The position numbers and the translations under genes are program-made. DNA of 64,000 nucleotides from Octopus bimaculoides. Its lineage: Eukaryota. Positions 38,868 to 51,874 of the stretch are shown one piece after another (position 1 is the first letter of the stretch; every line of letters begins with the position of its first letter). The notes under the pieces were generated by a model. It saw only the letters and a list, made by a program, of their open reading frames with translations, was not told the origin of the DNA and did no database searches. The DNA is taken from positions 71,514,785 through 71,578,784 of the forward strand of contig NC_068986.1 in NCBI RefSeq assembly GCF_001194135.2. The letters run 5' to 3'.

Positions 38868-38976
38868 GTGAGTGCAGGATACTAAGAGAATAAAATATCA
38901 ATCTCATTTTAAGTGAGTGCAGTATACTAGCATGACGACAGTATCAATCACCTTTTGAGTGAGTGCAGTACACTAG
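38868..38976. repeat. About 45-bp minisatellite, roughly 2.4 copies
   Basis: GTGAGTGCAG.A.ACTA at 38868, 38913 and 38959. Confidence 0.7.
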
Positions 38977-39418
38977 TACAAAAAGAGTATAAGCCCAGAT
39001 ATGACCAAAACAACAGAAAAGTGGTATGAACACGTACATAGGTTGTAAGAGAAAATGATAATTAGAAGATCCCGTAGGACTTCGCCATAAAGACTGGCCA
39101 TATAATTGAAGCAAGAATACCAGATATGATCATAGAAGGCAAATAACAGATCGATAGCGAAGAAACTGAAGGAAATAGTGGAAGAGAGCTGAGAAAACTG
39201 TGGAAGATTCAGATAATAATTATTCCAGTAATAATTAGCGCACATGGCACAATACCTAAAATGGTACCTAAAAGAATGAAAAAGATTGGAGTTGACACTC
39301 GCATTGTCGATCTGCAGAAAAGCACGGTCCTATATTCTGCAAGAATCTAAAGGAAAACACTTGAGGTTTGGGGAGACTTGTTCTCACCTAACCACAAGGT
39401 AAAATAGCTGTTAGCTAA
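38977..39418 (+). mobile_element. R4/Dong-like 3' fragment
   Basis: KWYEH..EARIPDMII..LRKLWKIQIIIIPVIISAHGTIP..LQKSTVLYSARI; ends in TAA. Confidence 0.8.
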
Positions 39419-39562
<144 letters not shown>

Positions 39563-40301
39563 AATCATATTATCTCTGGCTGCCCAGTCCTGGCTAAGAA
39601 GGAATATATTCACAGACACGACNNNNNNNNNNNNNNNNNNNNNNNNNNNNNNNNNNNNNNNNNNNNNNNNNNNNNNNNNNNNNNNNNNNNNNNNNNNNNN
39701 NNNNNNNNNNNNNNNNNNNNNNNNNNNNNNNNNNNNNNNNNNNNNNNNNNNNNNNNNNNNNNNNNNNNNNNNNNNNNNNNNNNNNNNNNNNNNNNNNNNN
39801 NNNNNNNNNNNNNNNNNNNNNNNNNNNNNNNNNNNNNNNNNNNNNNNNNNNNNNNNNNNNNNNNNNNNNNNNNNNNNNNNNNNNNNNNNNNNNNNNNNNN
39901 NNNNNNNNNNNNNNNNNNNNNNNNNNNNNNNNNNNNNNNNNNNNNNNNNNNNNNNNNNNNNNNNNNNNNNNNNNNNNNNNNNNNNNNNNNNNNNNNNNNN
40001 NNNNNNNNNNNNNNNNNNNNNNNNNNNNNNNNNNNNNNNNNNNNNNNNNNNNNNNNNNNNNNNNNNNNNNNNNNNNNNNNNNNNNNNNNNNNNNNNNNNN
40101 NNNNNNNNNNNNNNNNNNNNNNNNNNNNNNNNNNNNNNNNNNNNNNNNNNNNNNNNNNNNNNNNNNNNNNNNNNNNNNACTGCACACATTCTACGCAAAA
40201 CACTTTCAATACAGTAAACATAAGAGCACCACAGCACATACCCAAGGCGCACAGAGCTGCGCTCGGTAGTGAAGTGAAAGCACGTTATAAAAATAAAACT
40301 A

Positions 40302-40305
<4 letters not shown>
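39563..40305 (+). mobile_element. R4/Dong-like 3' fragment spanning an N gap
   Basis: HIISGCPVLAKKEYIHRHD before the gap, TAHILRKTLSIQ* plus UTR after; ends in TAA. Confidence 0.8.
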
Positions 40306-40357
<52 letters not shown>

Positions 40358-40359
<2 letters not shown>

Positions 40360-40540
40360 GAGTTCATGGAACAAATAGGGGCTGCAATAAGGGCGGAGCG
40401 TTTGCAGAAAACAGCACTGCTTGGAACCACTCGAATATTCCGGAAGGTGCTCGAAAAATAAGGGGTGTTACCTTAGTTCACTGGTAGTGAACAGCTGGCA
40501 CCGTAGTACATCTCCAGCGTTAGAAGCTGTACAAAGACAA
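40358..40540 (+). mobile_element. R4/Dong-like 3' tip (same subfamily as 23830-27128)
   Basis: Near-identical to 26970-27128 (ATGGAACAAATAGGGGCTGCAATAAGGG...CTCCAGCGTTAGAA); followed by (TAAA)n(TAA)n. Confidence 0.9.
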
Positions 40541-40632
<92 letters not shown>

Positions 40633-40659
40633 TGTTATTATCATTATCATTATTCATAT

Positions 40660-43280
40660 ACACACAACAGATTAGACTGTTGGAAAAGAAAATAATCCTA
40701 GCATCGGGCTACAAGTTGCCATAGATACCAAGAACCTTTCTAAGTATCCTAGCTGTCCCTAATAACACTGTTTTCTGCAGCTGTACTAAACTGGGTTTTA
40801 TGCCTATCTCTATCCATCTGTTCAAATCTTTAGGGACAGTCCCCAATGCACCTATAACTTCTGGGATACATTTTACCCGCACTTTCCACAGTATCTGTAA
40901 TTCAATAGCTAGTTCCTGGTACTTCTCTATTTTTTCTATACTTCTCATATTAATTTATTCATCATTTGGGATTATAAAGTCAATTATCTGGCACTTTCTA
41001 TTGTCTTTACCTACTACTACCAAATCAGGCCTTCTAGCTTCTATTACCCTCTCAGTCTGAATGTTAAAGCCCCACAACATCTAGTACTTTTTACCTTCTA
41101 GTACTTTACTAGATTCATGTTCATACCATTTATCAGTATGTTCAAATCCTAGCTTTCTACAAAGCTATCAGCGGCTTGCTCTCCCTAGATTGTCATGTCT
41201 TTTCTTGTATTCTTTCTGTGCCAGCAAACTACATTCACTTACTATATGAGTAACGCTTTCCTCTTTTGATTTGCATAATAGCATTGGGAATCTACTTGGT
41301 TTGTGTCTATTTTGGATTTTATCCAATTAGTCCTTAATGATTGATCTTGTACCGCTACTAACAAATTTTCTGTCTCCCTCTTCAGCTCTCCCTTCTGCAG
41401 CCATAACCATGTCTCACTACTACTATTTGCTGAAACTATCTTTAGGAATCTCCCATAAAACGCCTTTTCCTATCAGTCAAGTAACTTCTGTTCTTTTTCT
41501 GGTCTTAAAGTTCGTTTGGTGTTTTGGTTTCCCTATGTCTTGCTGTGACTCAAGCAACTTTTAATAAATTTTCTTCACTATTACCTACATAAGAGTTTGT
41601 ATGTACTCTAGCTAACTTCACGCAGTGTTCCACTGATATTAACCCTCTTCCACCTTCCTTTCTAGGTAGGTATAATCTTGCTACTCCTGCCGTTGGGTGG
41701 AGTATTGAATTCCTTCCTAGTTCTGTCTAGCTTTGCTAATTCAGTTGTTGTCCAATATACAGGAGCTGCTGAGTAACTGAGTAATGATACTTCACAAGTA
41801 TTTAGAGCCTTCACTTTATTTGGACCAATTAGCTTTGACTTCAGTAGCTTCCTCACCCTTCTGATATACTCCTTCTCAATTTGCGTTTTCATTTCTGCCA
41901 TTAGTACTCTATCAGATTCTAATACTCCTAGATACTTATAACTCTCTCCTAGTTTCAATGATTTTAATGTCTCGTCATCTGGTAATCGGATGCCTTCGCT
42001 GTTGATTATCTGTCCCCTTCTCATGACTAATATTGCACACCTATCTATGCCAAATCCCATGCCTACATCTTTGCTGAAGAGTCTTACAGTCTGCACTAAG
42101 GAATCTATCTCTTTATCATTCTTACTAAAAAGATTCAGATCATTCATGTAGAGCAAATGGTTAAATTTTCCATTACTATTTCTTAACCGATACCCTGCAC
42201 TAAGTCTGCACTAAGGAATCTATCTCGTTTTCATTCTTACTAAAAAGCTTCAGATCATTCATGTAGAGCAAATGGTTAAATTTTCCATTACTATTTCTTA
42301 ACCGATACCCTGCCTTTGCCTTCCTTAATACTAAACTGAGGGGGATCAAACATAAAACAAATATTAAAGGAGACAACGAGTCCTCCTGGAATTTTCCTCT
42401 TTTGATTATTAACTTTCCCTAACAGAGTGTCACCTGAATATAGATCTACTTTCCATTTCTTCATGCTGAAGCTAATTAATTTTCTTATGTTGTCTGCTAT
42501 ATTGAAAATACTCAAATATTCACCTATTCATGAGTGTGGGATCATGTAATAAGCTTTCGTATAATCTATCTATGCTATTGTTAGACTTTTCTCTCTAGTT
42601 TTTACTTAATTTAGAACTGCTTCTTCCTGTAACCTTTTTGTTCTTCTGGTAGTTAATTCTAGTTTTCAAGGTACTCGTAAATACTTTCTAAAAGCATTCC
42701 TGTTAACAGCTTCCACACTAATGGAAAACAAGTGATTAATCTATAGTTGCTAGCTGTATTGTCGTTGCTCTTATCCTTCATAATGAGTATTGTCCACCCT
42801 TTAGTCATCCAGTCTGGTATTATTCCTCCATTAAGGCGATCCTGAAAGTGTTCCCTCAGCCTCCCATGTATACTACTGAATTTCTTTAGCCAGTGATCTC
42901 TTCTACCTCCAACTCTGTCATCCAGTTTCTTCACCTAATAGCATTAGCTTGATCAACCAATCTCTGGCCAGTCACTTTAAACATACCCTTCTCTACTCAA
43001 AGTGTTAACAACCATTTTTTATAGCCCTTTCTTTTAGGTTCATTTTCCAAGTAGCACTCTATCACTATCCTGTTTTCTTTGTTGTTCCGCTTCCGCTTCC
43101 TTGACCTATTAACTGCTGATGCTGTATTAGGATGACAGCTGTGGTCAGTTGGCACCTTTTCTTATCCACTGTTGAGCGAGAGGCGTTCCCTTGAAGGTTC
43201 AGCTTCATCTTCGCTGTTACAACCAGAGTTTTGCGGAAACTCCTGTCTCCCATAAACTGAGGAAAGATAACGTTCGTCAC
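40660..43280 (-). mobile_element. R4/Dong-like element with both ends, internally deleted
   Basis: N-terminal ENRIVIECYL..EPKRKGY; RT (GRRDHWLKKF, YRLITCFPL, HLLYMNDL, YKYLGVLE); REL (KYQELAIELQILW..IGALG..LLGTARILRKVL); TAA runs on both sides in element orientation. Confidence 0.9.
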
Positions 43281-43282
43281 CA

Positions 43283-43328
<46 letters not shown>

Positions 43329-43342
43329 CTTCATCATTATTA

Positions 43343-43437
43343 AGGTGGCGAGCTGGCAGAATTGTTAAAATGCCGGGCGAAATGCTTAGTGGTATTTCGT
43401 CTCTTCCTATGTTCTGAGTTCAAATTCTGCCGAGGTC
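43343..43437 (+). mobile_element. SINE family A 5' half
   Basis: GGTGGCGAGCTGGCAGAA...GAGTTCAAATTCTGCCGAGGTCG. Confidence 0.85.
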
Positions 43438-44023
43438 GTCCGTCTTTATAGCTTCAACTGAATGGTATTGTGCCTTTTCCTCGATTGCCATTCTCACCTA
43501 TATTGTGCCAAACTTTTTGCCGCGAGTTATGTATTCAATATAGGACCATATTTGTTGTAAACCTTTTTGCACCGTTTCTTCAGCCATTCTGTCCATTTTT
43601 CTGCTTTTAAGATTGTACGTTTTGTATATTATTGTTTTTATTTTTCCGTTTCTAACAATCTCTGTGGAGGTTCTACTTTCACTGTGGTTCCTTCTTTTTC
43701 TTATATATTTGTGTATTTTTTCCATTCTTCGGATCTTTTTTAAAACGGGGGCCACATTTTTCATTAATGTTTTACGTAGTGTTTTTGGTACCGAAAGACT
43801 TTCAAACTTCGTATACTTATCTATTTTGTGTTATAGAACAGAAAAATATTTTTGTATTCGAATTTATTTCATGTAAAAAATGGTCTTATTTCGATAATTT
43901 AAACCAATCACTGACAAGTATTCAGTTGTTTACATTTGCTTTTTTCATTTTAAATTTGCTTTTTTCATTTTCTTCTTTTTTTCTTCGTTTTATTTGCTTT
44001 TTCTTTTTAAATTTGCTGTTTTA

Positions 44024-44165
44024 CCCTAGCCCTAACCCTAACCCTAATCATATCACCGATAGAATTGTTTCAGAATCGTTTGTTTATGTAGTCGGCACTT
44101 AATGTATATCGGCTGAATGGACGTCAGTGATTGGTTGAAATTACAGAAATACGACAACTTTAACA
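44024..44165. repeat. Interspersed repeat carrying telomere-like (CCCTAA) hexamers
   Basis: CCCTAG(CCCTAA)3 at 44024-47, followed by non-simple sequence up to an N gap. Confidence 0.5.
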
Positions 44166-44566
44166 TGGAATAACTTAGGGATTTNNNNNNNNNNNNNNNN
44201 NNNNNNNNNNNNNNNNNNNNNNNNNNNNNNNNNNNNNNNNNNNNNNNNNNNNNNNNNNNNNNNNNNNNNNNNNNNNNNNNNNNNNNNNNNNNNNNNNNNN
44301 NNNNNNNNNNNNNNNNNNNNNNNNNNNNNNNNNNNNNNNNNNNNNNNNNNNNNNNNNNNNNNNNNNNNNNNNNNNNNNNNNNNNNNNNNNNNNNNNNNNN
44401 NNNNNNNNNNNNNNNNNNNNNNNNNNNNNNNNNNNNNNNNNNNNCTTGGAAAATCTTGTGGCGTCATTGGTTGGGGTGTCATTGGTGTCGTTGGTGAGCT
44501 TTCTGTTGCGCTCGTTTCCGACGTGCTATTGTCTGCGTTGCCGCACAACATGATATTTTAAAGTAA

Positions 44567-44590
44567 TTATTCCCCCCAACGGGGGAATAA
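44567..44590. other. Perfect 10-bp stem, 4-nt loop hairpin
   Basis: TTATTCCCCC-CAAC-GGGGGAATAA. Confidence 0.8.
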
Positions 44591-45140
44591 AAGAAAATGG
44601 TTTCAAAAAGCAATTAACAAGTCTTTAACAATAAATTTAACAATTGCCGCAAGGCAGTATAACAAAAGCGTTCAAAAAGCAATATCACAACACCTCACAA
44701 AATTTTCATCCAGACGGTAAGTGAATGTGGAGTTCGATGAATTGCCACCTGTAGTGGAGTTAAAAGATTTAGAGCCTTTCATGAGATATTAAAAAGGTAA
44801 AAAGTAAGTAAAATTGTTTTATTGAAGAAAGAAAGAACAAAGTAAAATTGTTTCATTTTAAATGAGGAAAAAATAGGGAAAAAAAACGAGATTAATGAAA
44901 AAACAATAAGATAATAGAACGATTGTAAATAGTTTATATAAACGTTCAAATAATACTGCATGCGAGTGGGGCCCATGCAGCCATTTTATTTTTCATTTTT
45001 ATATAACATCACATTTTCATTCGTCTTATGTTTTTGTTCCAACTGTGGTGTTGTGCCTGTTTTTGTAGTGTCCTCTGTGTGTTGTGGCCGTAGTGCCAAA
45101 ATAGACATTGGCGGAGGTCTGCGCTCTCTGAGTGCTCTTG

Positions 45141-45142
<2 letters not shown>

Positions 45143-45200
<58 letters not shown>

Positions 45201-45384
45201 CTATTTCTCTACTTTCTATTATATATCCTCTGTTATATCCTTTAATGTAGTAGTATCTCCCCTTGATTGATTTTAACCCCACGTGCTTTTGTAAATTCTT
45301 TTATAACAATTACTTCGATATTGTCCTCCATGTCTTGGGCCCTTGTGGCCAATAAAAGAAATCATCATCATCATTGTTATTATT

Positions 45385-45417
<33 letters not shown>

Positions 45418-45472
45418 GCTGTTGCTGTTGTTATCGTTATTATTATTATTGTTATCGTTATTGTTATTATTA

Positions 45473-45513
<41 letters not shown>

Positions 45514-45530
45514 GATTGTTGTTGTTTGTT
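45143..45530. repeat. (TTA)n and compound (TTG)/(TTA)n microsatellites
   Basis: Directly visible at about 45143-45197 and 45360-45530. Confidence 0.9.
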
Positions 45531-47405
45531 TTGTTGATGCTTTTATTATCTATAATATTAATAATATGTTACATGGTGAAATGGTTAATCGAAGGAAGAA
45601 GTACAGAGAGAAAGAGAGAGCAGAAATAGTGTGTAGCGGAGGGTAACGTGGTAGCAGTAATGAGTAGTAGATAAGGAACGTTATCATGTTCAACGCTTAA
45701 AAGCTTGGGTTCAGAAATAGGGAAAAACAGAGAGTGTGTGAGGGCTAGAGGGAAATAAATAGTGCCAGTGAGGAGAGAGGAAAGGGGGCGCTGCAGTGAT
45801 ATAATCATATTCATACATGTGTGATATACTGACAAGCAGTAACAGCCGTTAAAATGGTGGTGGTTTCATCAGCAGGGATATTAGTTAATGAAGATGAGGA
45901 CGACGAAAAGTGTACATCATTATTACCTTGTGCTTGAGTCTGCACTTTTATATGTTGTGACATAACCAGGAATTGATTACTTAGTGTTACCGCATCTTTG
46001 TTTCTTGTTGTGATTGTCTTTGTCGACGCATATTGCTTCTTCGTTTGTTACATCTATAAATTTACCGTCTATTTTTCCAGTTATATTACCTTGTAATAAA
46101 TGTTGACACTTGAATCCATCGTCACACCATTTTCTAATGTGTTCCATCACCAGTTTTAAGAAGCCACGTCGAAAATTCATTCTTCTCACTCCATTCATGT
46201 CACTGAGATTTAATTTTTTCTTCTCCAAATTGGTAAACGCTGATATAATCAAGTGCTGATGATATCAGCATTTGAGCTTGTTCAAATAACGTATACCGTT
46301 TAACAGAAGTCCCCGCCAGGATTGTCATTTCCCATTATCTCTTTTCTAGGTGTATTAATTACTCTGAAAGCAATTGATGATAACATAATCTTATCGATTA
46401 TGAGGAAAGAGACCTGAAGGATAAAATTAGAGCGAAAGGAAGGAATTTTCGTGGAAACGTTGATCTATCCAGGATAGACATCCTTATTATTATTGTTATT
46501 GTTGTTCTTATTTTTATTCTGATTGTTCCCCCCGGCCTACCTATTTTGCCTGTGTTTTGTGTGCCGTACATCCACATATAAATCTGCGGATATTTTTGTG
46601 GTTTTAAAGGGCAGCACTGTTTTTCTGTTCGCCTCAAGTAGCCAGGTAATGTATTGTAGAAATATATTTTTGCCCTATTCTCCTGTCCCGTCAATAAGGA
46701 AAAATATTTGATCAACAGTTTCATCATTGACCACAAAGATAATAAATTGCAATATTTTCCTGTTCACTAAAATTCGAGCTTGCGAAGACTTCCTCAGTTA
46801 TACGGAATAATCAAACGGATAAAGGAAGCCCCAGAGAACATGAATAGGAAAACAAGCAAATATGTGACAATCTAACGGTTGTATATATCTATCTATCTGT
46901 CTGTTGTTCGATCCACCAATATATTTGTTGGTCTAATTAACTATCATATCTACTTTCCCTTCTGTTAATGCAATGTACCTGTCAACTCTCAATAACAAAC
47001 CCAATAACAATAACAAAAAAAAAAAAAGAAAAAGATACGTGGTGGTGGTCTAGCATGGTTACAACCTTTGTTCTGGAACGGATAAAATTTTAAAGCGTAA
47101 CATTCATAGCTATTTGCTAACTAAGGCTATTTCACTTTAATTTCTTTATCCTCCGATATATCTTTCAATGCATAAATTTACAGATCTGCATGACATTGCT
47201 TCATTATGTTAAACATTTCGATTGTGCGTGCAATGTGAACACAGAAATGCAGAATAATATAGGCATTGCCTCTATTTCACTTTATGATAATGTAGGCATT
47301 ATCTTTATTTAACTCTATTTCTCTCTCCTTCACCGTTTCGCTTTCTATTTTTTCAGCGATTTCACCATTTCTGTTTCCCTCTTTGTCTCCCCATCTCCTC
47401 TCCCC

Positions 47406-47479
<74 letters not shown>

Positions 47480-47548
47480 NNNNNNNNNNCTTAATGCAAG
47501 ACAACGACAGAATAGATACACCACGATAGAAGCTGTGCAAAGACAGTA

Positions 47549-47607
<59 letters not shown>

Positions 47608-47614
47608 TAATAAT

Positions 47615-48058
47615 ATATTGAATGGACAGTATGCCAACATTACAACATTAAAACTGACATTAGGTGGTATAAACATGTGCCAAACAAAGTACAAAACAAC
47701 GACCAGACCACAATCATCGGGCTATGTCGATCTCAATGACAAAGAAACAAAAGCTAAACAGACATAACAACCAAAGATTGGGGAGAAAAGAAACACCTGT
47801 TTACTGAGACATTGCATTGCAGTCCCTTCTGATCAAAGTATTGTCCAAAACGAAGTGGAGAAATTATCAAAGTACAAAATCCTTGAAATTGTAGTATTCA
47901 AGATGTGGGGCATGAAAGTAAAAATAATACCAATAATAATTGGAGCATTGGGCATGATAAACAACGCGAGCAAAAATGTAGAAGCTATACCTGGATCCTC
48001 AACACTACACACTATAAAAAAAATAGCCCTGCTACGAACAGCCCACATAAGGAGTCAC
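47615..48058 (+). mobile_element. R4/Dong-like 3' fragment
   Basis: WYKHVP..EVEKLSKYKILEI..KMWGMKVKIIPIIIGALG..IALLRTAHI; preceded by (TAA)n and the 3' tip of another copy. Confidence 0.85.
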
Positions 48059-48535
48059 TGAGAATGAAGACTGCAAAATTCTGTGAGATGCAATGATGCA
48101 GTGCGATCATCTGATCAGACATTAGAAACCGGACATTGTTGCGGTGGATAAAAAAGAAAGAACTTGCATGATAATCAACATAGCATGTCCCGGTGACAAC
48201 AGGGTTAAAGAAGAAAAACTGGACAATTACGACGATTTGACGTGAGAAATACGAAGGTTGTGGCCAACGAGGAAACTAGTTGTGATACCAATAATAATCT
48301 GCGCACTTAGAAGTATCAGCACTCAACTACCAACATGGTTCAAAAAGATTGGTACAAATTTAAAGATAGAACTCCTACAAAAAAAAAAAACCCAGCATTG
48401 CTTAGAACTGCAAGAATTCTTCGCAGGGTTCTTGAAGCATAACTAGTAAACAAGTGTCACCTTAGTATACTGGCTGTGAACAATTGACACTTTCGGTCAT
48501 ACCCAGCAAAATAAATTGTGTTTTCATCAAATAAT
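48059..48535 (+). mobile_element. R4/Dong-like 3' fragment (same subfamily as 27421-27988)
   Basis: ENEDCKIL..KPDIVAVDK..IACPGDNRVKEEKLDNYDDL; same 3' UTR; ends in TAA. Confidence 0.88.
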
Positions 48536-48779
48536 AGTAATGATAATAATAACAACAAAGGGACACAAACCTTTAGCCATAGTTTTATGATAGTGCATAA
48601 AGAACTCCATCTAAAGAGTGATACTGCAAGACCTTATTTTAGATGAAAGTGGGCAGAGGACTAATAAGTGGTGAAAATTGTCAAAATCGAAGAAAACTAT
48701 TAACTTCCTACTTCAAAAATATAAAGGGTAGCATCGTGTAAAACGTAAAAGACGTCGACACACTTAAATCTGCTGATGC

Positions 48780-49530
48780 AATAACATCGATTGAATGGAA
48801 GAAGAGAATGAAAAAAGAACTTGAAAGGAAAGGAAAGAATAAACTTATTCACGGGAAGTACACTAGAGATAAAATAGGAATTTATTGAAGCAAGTGTTGG
48901 TCGTAGCTTAAAATAGCGATCCGAAAGCTATGGTGTGCTGCGCCCAGAAGCCGGTTCTCTGAACTAACTACATTAAAGAGCATGCTGACAAAACAAAAGA
49001 ATTAAGTAGAATGTGTGGGACAAAAGGAAAAACGATCAGCCATCTTGTTAGAGAAAGTTGGCACAGCGAGAGTACAAAATACATGACAATGTTGCTAGAT
49101 ACATCCACTGGATGATACCTGAGAGATGTAGGTTTGTTAAAGTACCTAAATGATATGAGTAGAAACCAGAAGTGTTAGAGCATATCAAGCTTAAGCGTTT
49201 GTGGAACTTTACCATTCAATATGATAGAATGATTTAGGCAAGAAGGCCCGGCATTATAGTTGTCAACAAGAAAGAAGAGGCACAACTTATCGATATCTCT
49301 ATCCCAAGAGATAGCTGAGTGAAAGATAAAAAACCAAGAAAAGATGGAGAAGTATGAGGCTGGAAAGTTGTAGGGAGTGAAGAAGTTTTAAGTAATCGGA
49401 TTATTAGAATGCGTATCAGACAGTTTCGAGGACCGTAAATAGAATCGGAATTGCTGCAAGATTACAGGGGATGCAGAAAACAGCACTGCGTGTAATAGTA
49501 GGGATTTTAAGGAGATTATTGTCTGTGTAA
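48780..49530 (+). mobile_element. R4/Dong-like degraded 3' region
   Basis: HGKY, AAQ-like, HDNVARYIHW, RRPGI(PDI-like), QKTAL traces. Confidence 0.6.
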
Positions 49531-49710
49531 TGCACAAGAGAGGAAGCAGTAAAGGGCCTTTGTCAATTTCTTGACTACTCCTTAACTGAAATTTACTTAG
49601 TGGAGGGAAAGAACGTGACAGAGAAGGAAAAGTGATTACTAAAATTTGTAAAGCAGACACGATCAAGCGAAAGACAAAAATATATTCATTATATATATAA
49701 TATATAAATA

Positions 49711-49777
<67 letters not shown>

Positions 49778-49779
<2 letters not shown>

Positions 49780-50000
49780 TCTCTTACTTGTTTCAGACAT
49801 TTGACTGCGGCCATGTTGGAGCACCGCCTTTAGTCGAACAAATCGACCCCAGGACTTATTCTTTGTAAGCCTAGTACTTATTCTAGCGGGCTCTTATGCT
49901 GAACCGCTAAGTTACGGGGACGTAAACACACCAGCATCGTTTGTCAAGCGATGTTGGGGAGGGGGACAAACACAGACAAAGACACACACACGCACGCACG

Positions 50001-50052
<52 letters not shown>
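49778..50052 (-). mobile_element. SINE family B 3' half (ends at an N gap)
   Basis: Reverse-complement match to 9800-10010. Confidence 0.9.
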
Positions 50053-50054
<2 letters not shown>

Positions 50055-51224
50055 NNNNNNNNNNNNNNNNNNNNNNNNNNNNNNNNNNNNNNNNNNNNNN
50101 NNNNNNNNNNNNNNNNNNNNNNNNNNNNNNNNNNNNNNNNNNNNNNNNNNNNNNNNNNNNNNNNNNNNNNNNNNNNNNNNNNNNNNNNNNNNNNNNNNNN
50201 NNNNNNNNNNNNNNNNNNNNNNNNNNNNNNNNNNNNNNNNNNNNNNNNNNNNNNNNNNNNNNNNNNNNNNNNNNNNNNNNNNNNNNNNNNNNNNNNNNNN
50301 NNNNNNNNNNNNNNNNNNNNNNNNNNNNNNNNNNNNNNNNNNNNNNNNNNNNNNNNNNNNNNNNNNNNNNNNNNNNNNNNNNNNNNNNNNNNNNNNNNNN
50401 NNNNNNNNNNNNNNNNNNNNNNNNNNNNNNNNNNNNNNNNNNNNNNNNNNNNNNNNNNNNNNNNNNNNNNNNNNNNNNNNNNNNNNNNNNNNNNNNNNNN
50501 NNNNNNNNNNNNNNNNNNNNNNNNNNNNNNNNNNNNNNNNNNNNNNNNNNNNNNNNATATATATATATATATACTAACACACACATATATATGAAGAGAG
50601 AAAAAGTAGAGAAAGAGAGAGAGAGAGAGCAAGAGAAGCAATATAAATTCTACAAGATTTTCAAATTATTTTTCTTAAGTAATTTCAATGTAAATGGAAC
50701 TTATATCTCAAGATAACGTTCTTTTCTTGTTCCTAAGTAAGATTCTGTAAACTCACACCACTGACGTAGGGAAAACCCCTTTATTCCATAAACGAATGAT
50801 TCCTCTTAAATTAAACAATAATTATACGTATTGTAATGCTTATAATATATCATATACAACTCGATAGAAAAAAATTTATGTGAACCTAAAAGATGTCCTC
50901 TAAACTTTTTGCAACATGGAAGAAAAATACTTCTTACACAAATACCATCTCAGATTTGCGGACAAAATTTTTTTGAAATGCTATTAGATTTGGAAATTTT
51001 TATCTAACGTTCATTGTCAATAAATCAGACAATAATTTTTGTGATGCTGAGAAACTGCGAATAGACTGTCTAATTCCTGGTACAGTCTTTTCTTTTCAAG
51101 TACATGCTCTTGTCTCTACTAGTTCTTTTATATATTTTTAATTTTGAGATTCTTAAAAAGTTTTTGAATACCATCTAATCATTTTGTTACCTGTCATTAA
51201 CAATCTTTCAAGAAAAGTAAAATA

Positions 51225-51874
51225 ATTATAATGAGGAAAAACTGTTTGCATCATCATTCTGTGTTACTATAGTTTCAGTGTTTTGTTCATTTTTGAAATT
51301 TCATGGCAATATGTTTCTGCAGTAATGGTTTTTCCGGGTTTTAAGAAGCTATAGTGGATGAGTCCAGCAGTACACCACCAAACAGTCACCATAACCTTCT
51401 TTTTGAAGAGCTCAGGATTAGGGAAGGTTTTCAGTGCATCATTTTGGTCCAACCACTGTGAAGAACGTGTTTTATTATTGTACAGAATCCACTTTTCATT
51501 GTGAGTTACAATAAAATCGAGAAATGGATTGGTCGGGTTACGGAGAAGAGACGAGCAAATTTCATATCTGCGTATTTTCTGATTTACATTCAAATCGTGC
51601 GGTACCTATTTGTCGAGCTTTTTTGATTTTCCAATCGCATGCAAATGGTTGCAAGCAGTTTTCTGACTAACTTGTTGCTAGTTCTCGAGTGGCTTTATGT
51701 GGATGGATCTTTCTCAATGACAGATAGGCGTCCACTATACCCACGATCTTCAAGGTTCAGGTCTCTGCTGCGAAATCGTTTAAACCGTTTTCGAGCTGAC
51801 CACTCATTGGTCATTTCCTCACCAAACGTTTCGTTGATATCGCGAGCAATTTCAGCTGCTTTACGTTCAAGTAC
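51225..51874 (-). mobile_element. Mariner N-terminal/central fragment (Hsmar1/cecropia-like motifs)
   Basis: RKAAEIARDINETFG..EDRGYSGR..IVTHNEKWILYNN..KKVMVTVWWCTAGLIHYSFLKPGKTITAETYC. Confidence 0.85.

Noticed and set aside
44024-44047. True telomere or chromosome-fusion site
   Set aside because: Only four hexamers in one orientation, embedded in interspersed-repeat-like sequence.
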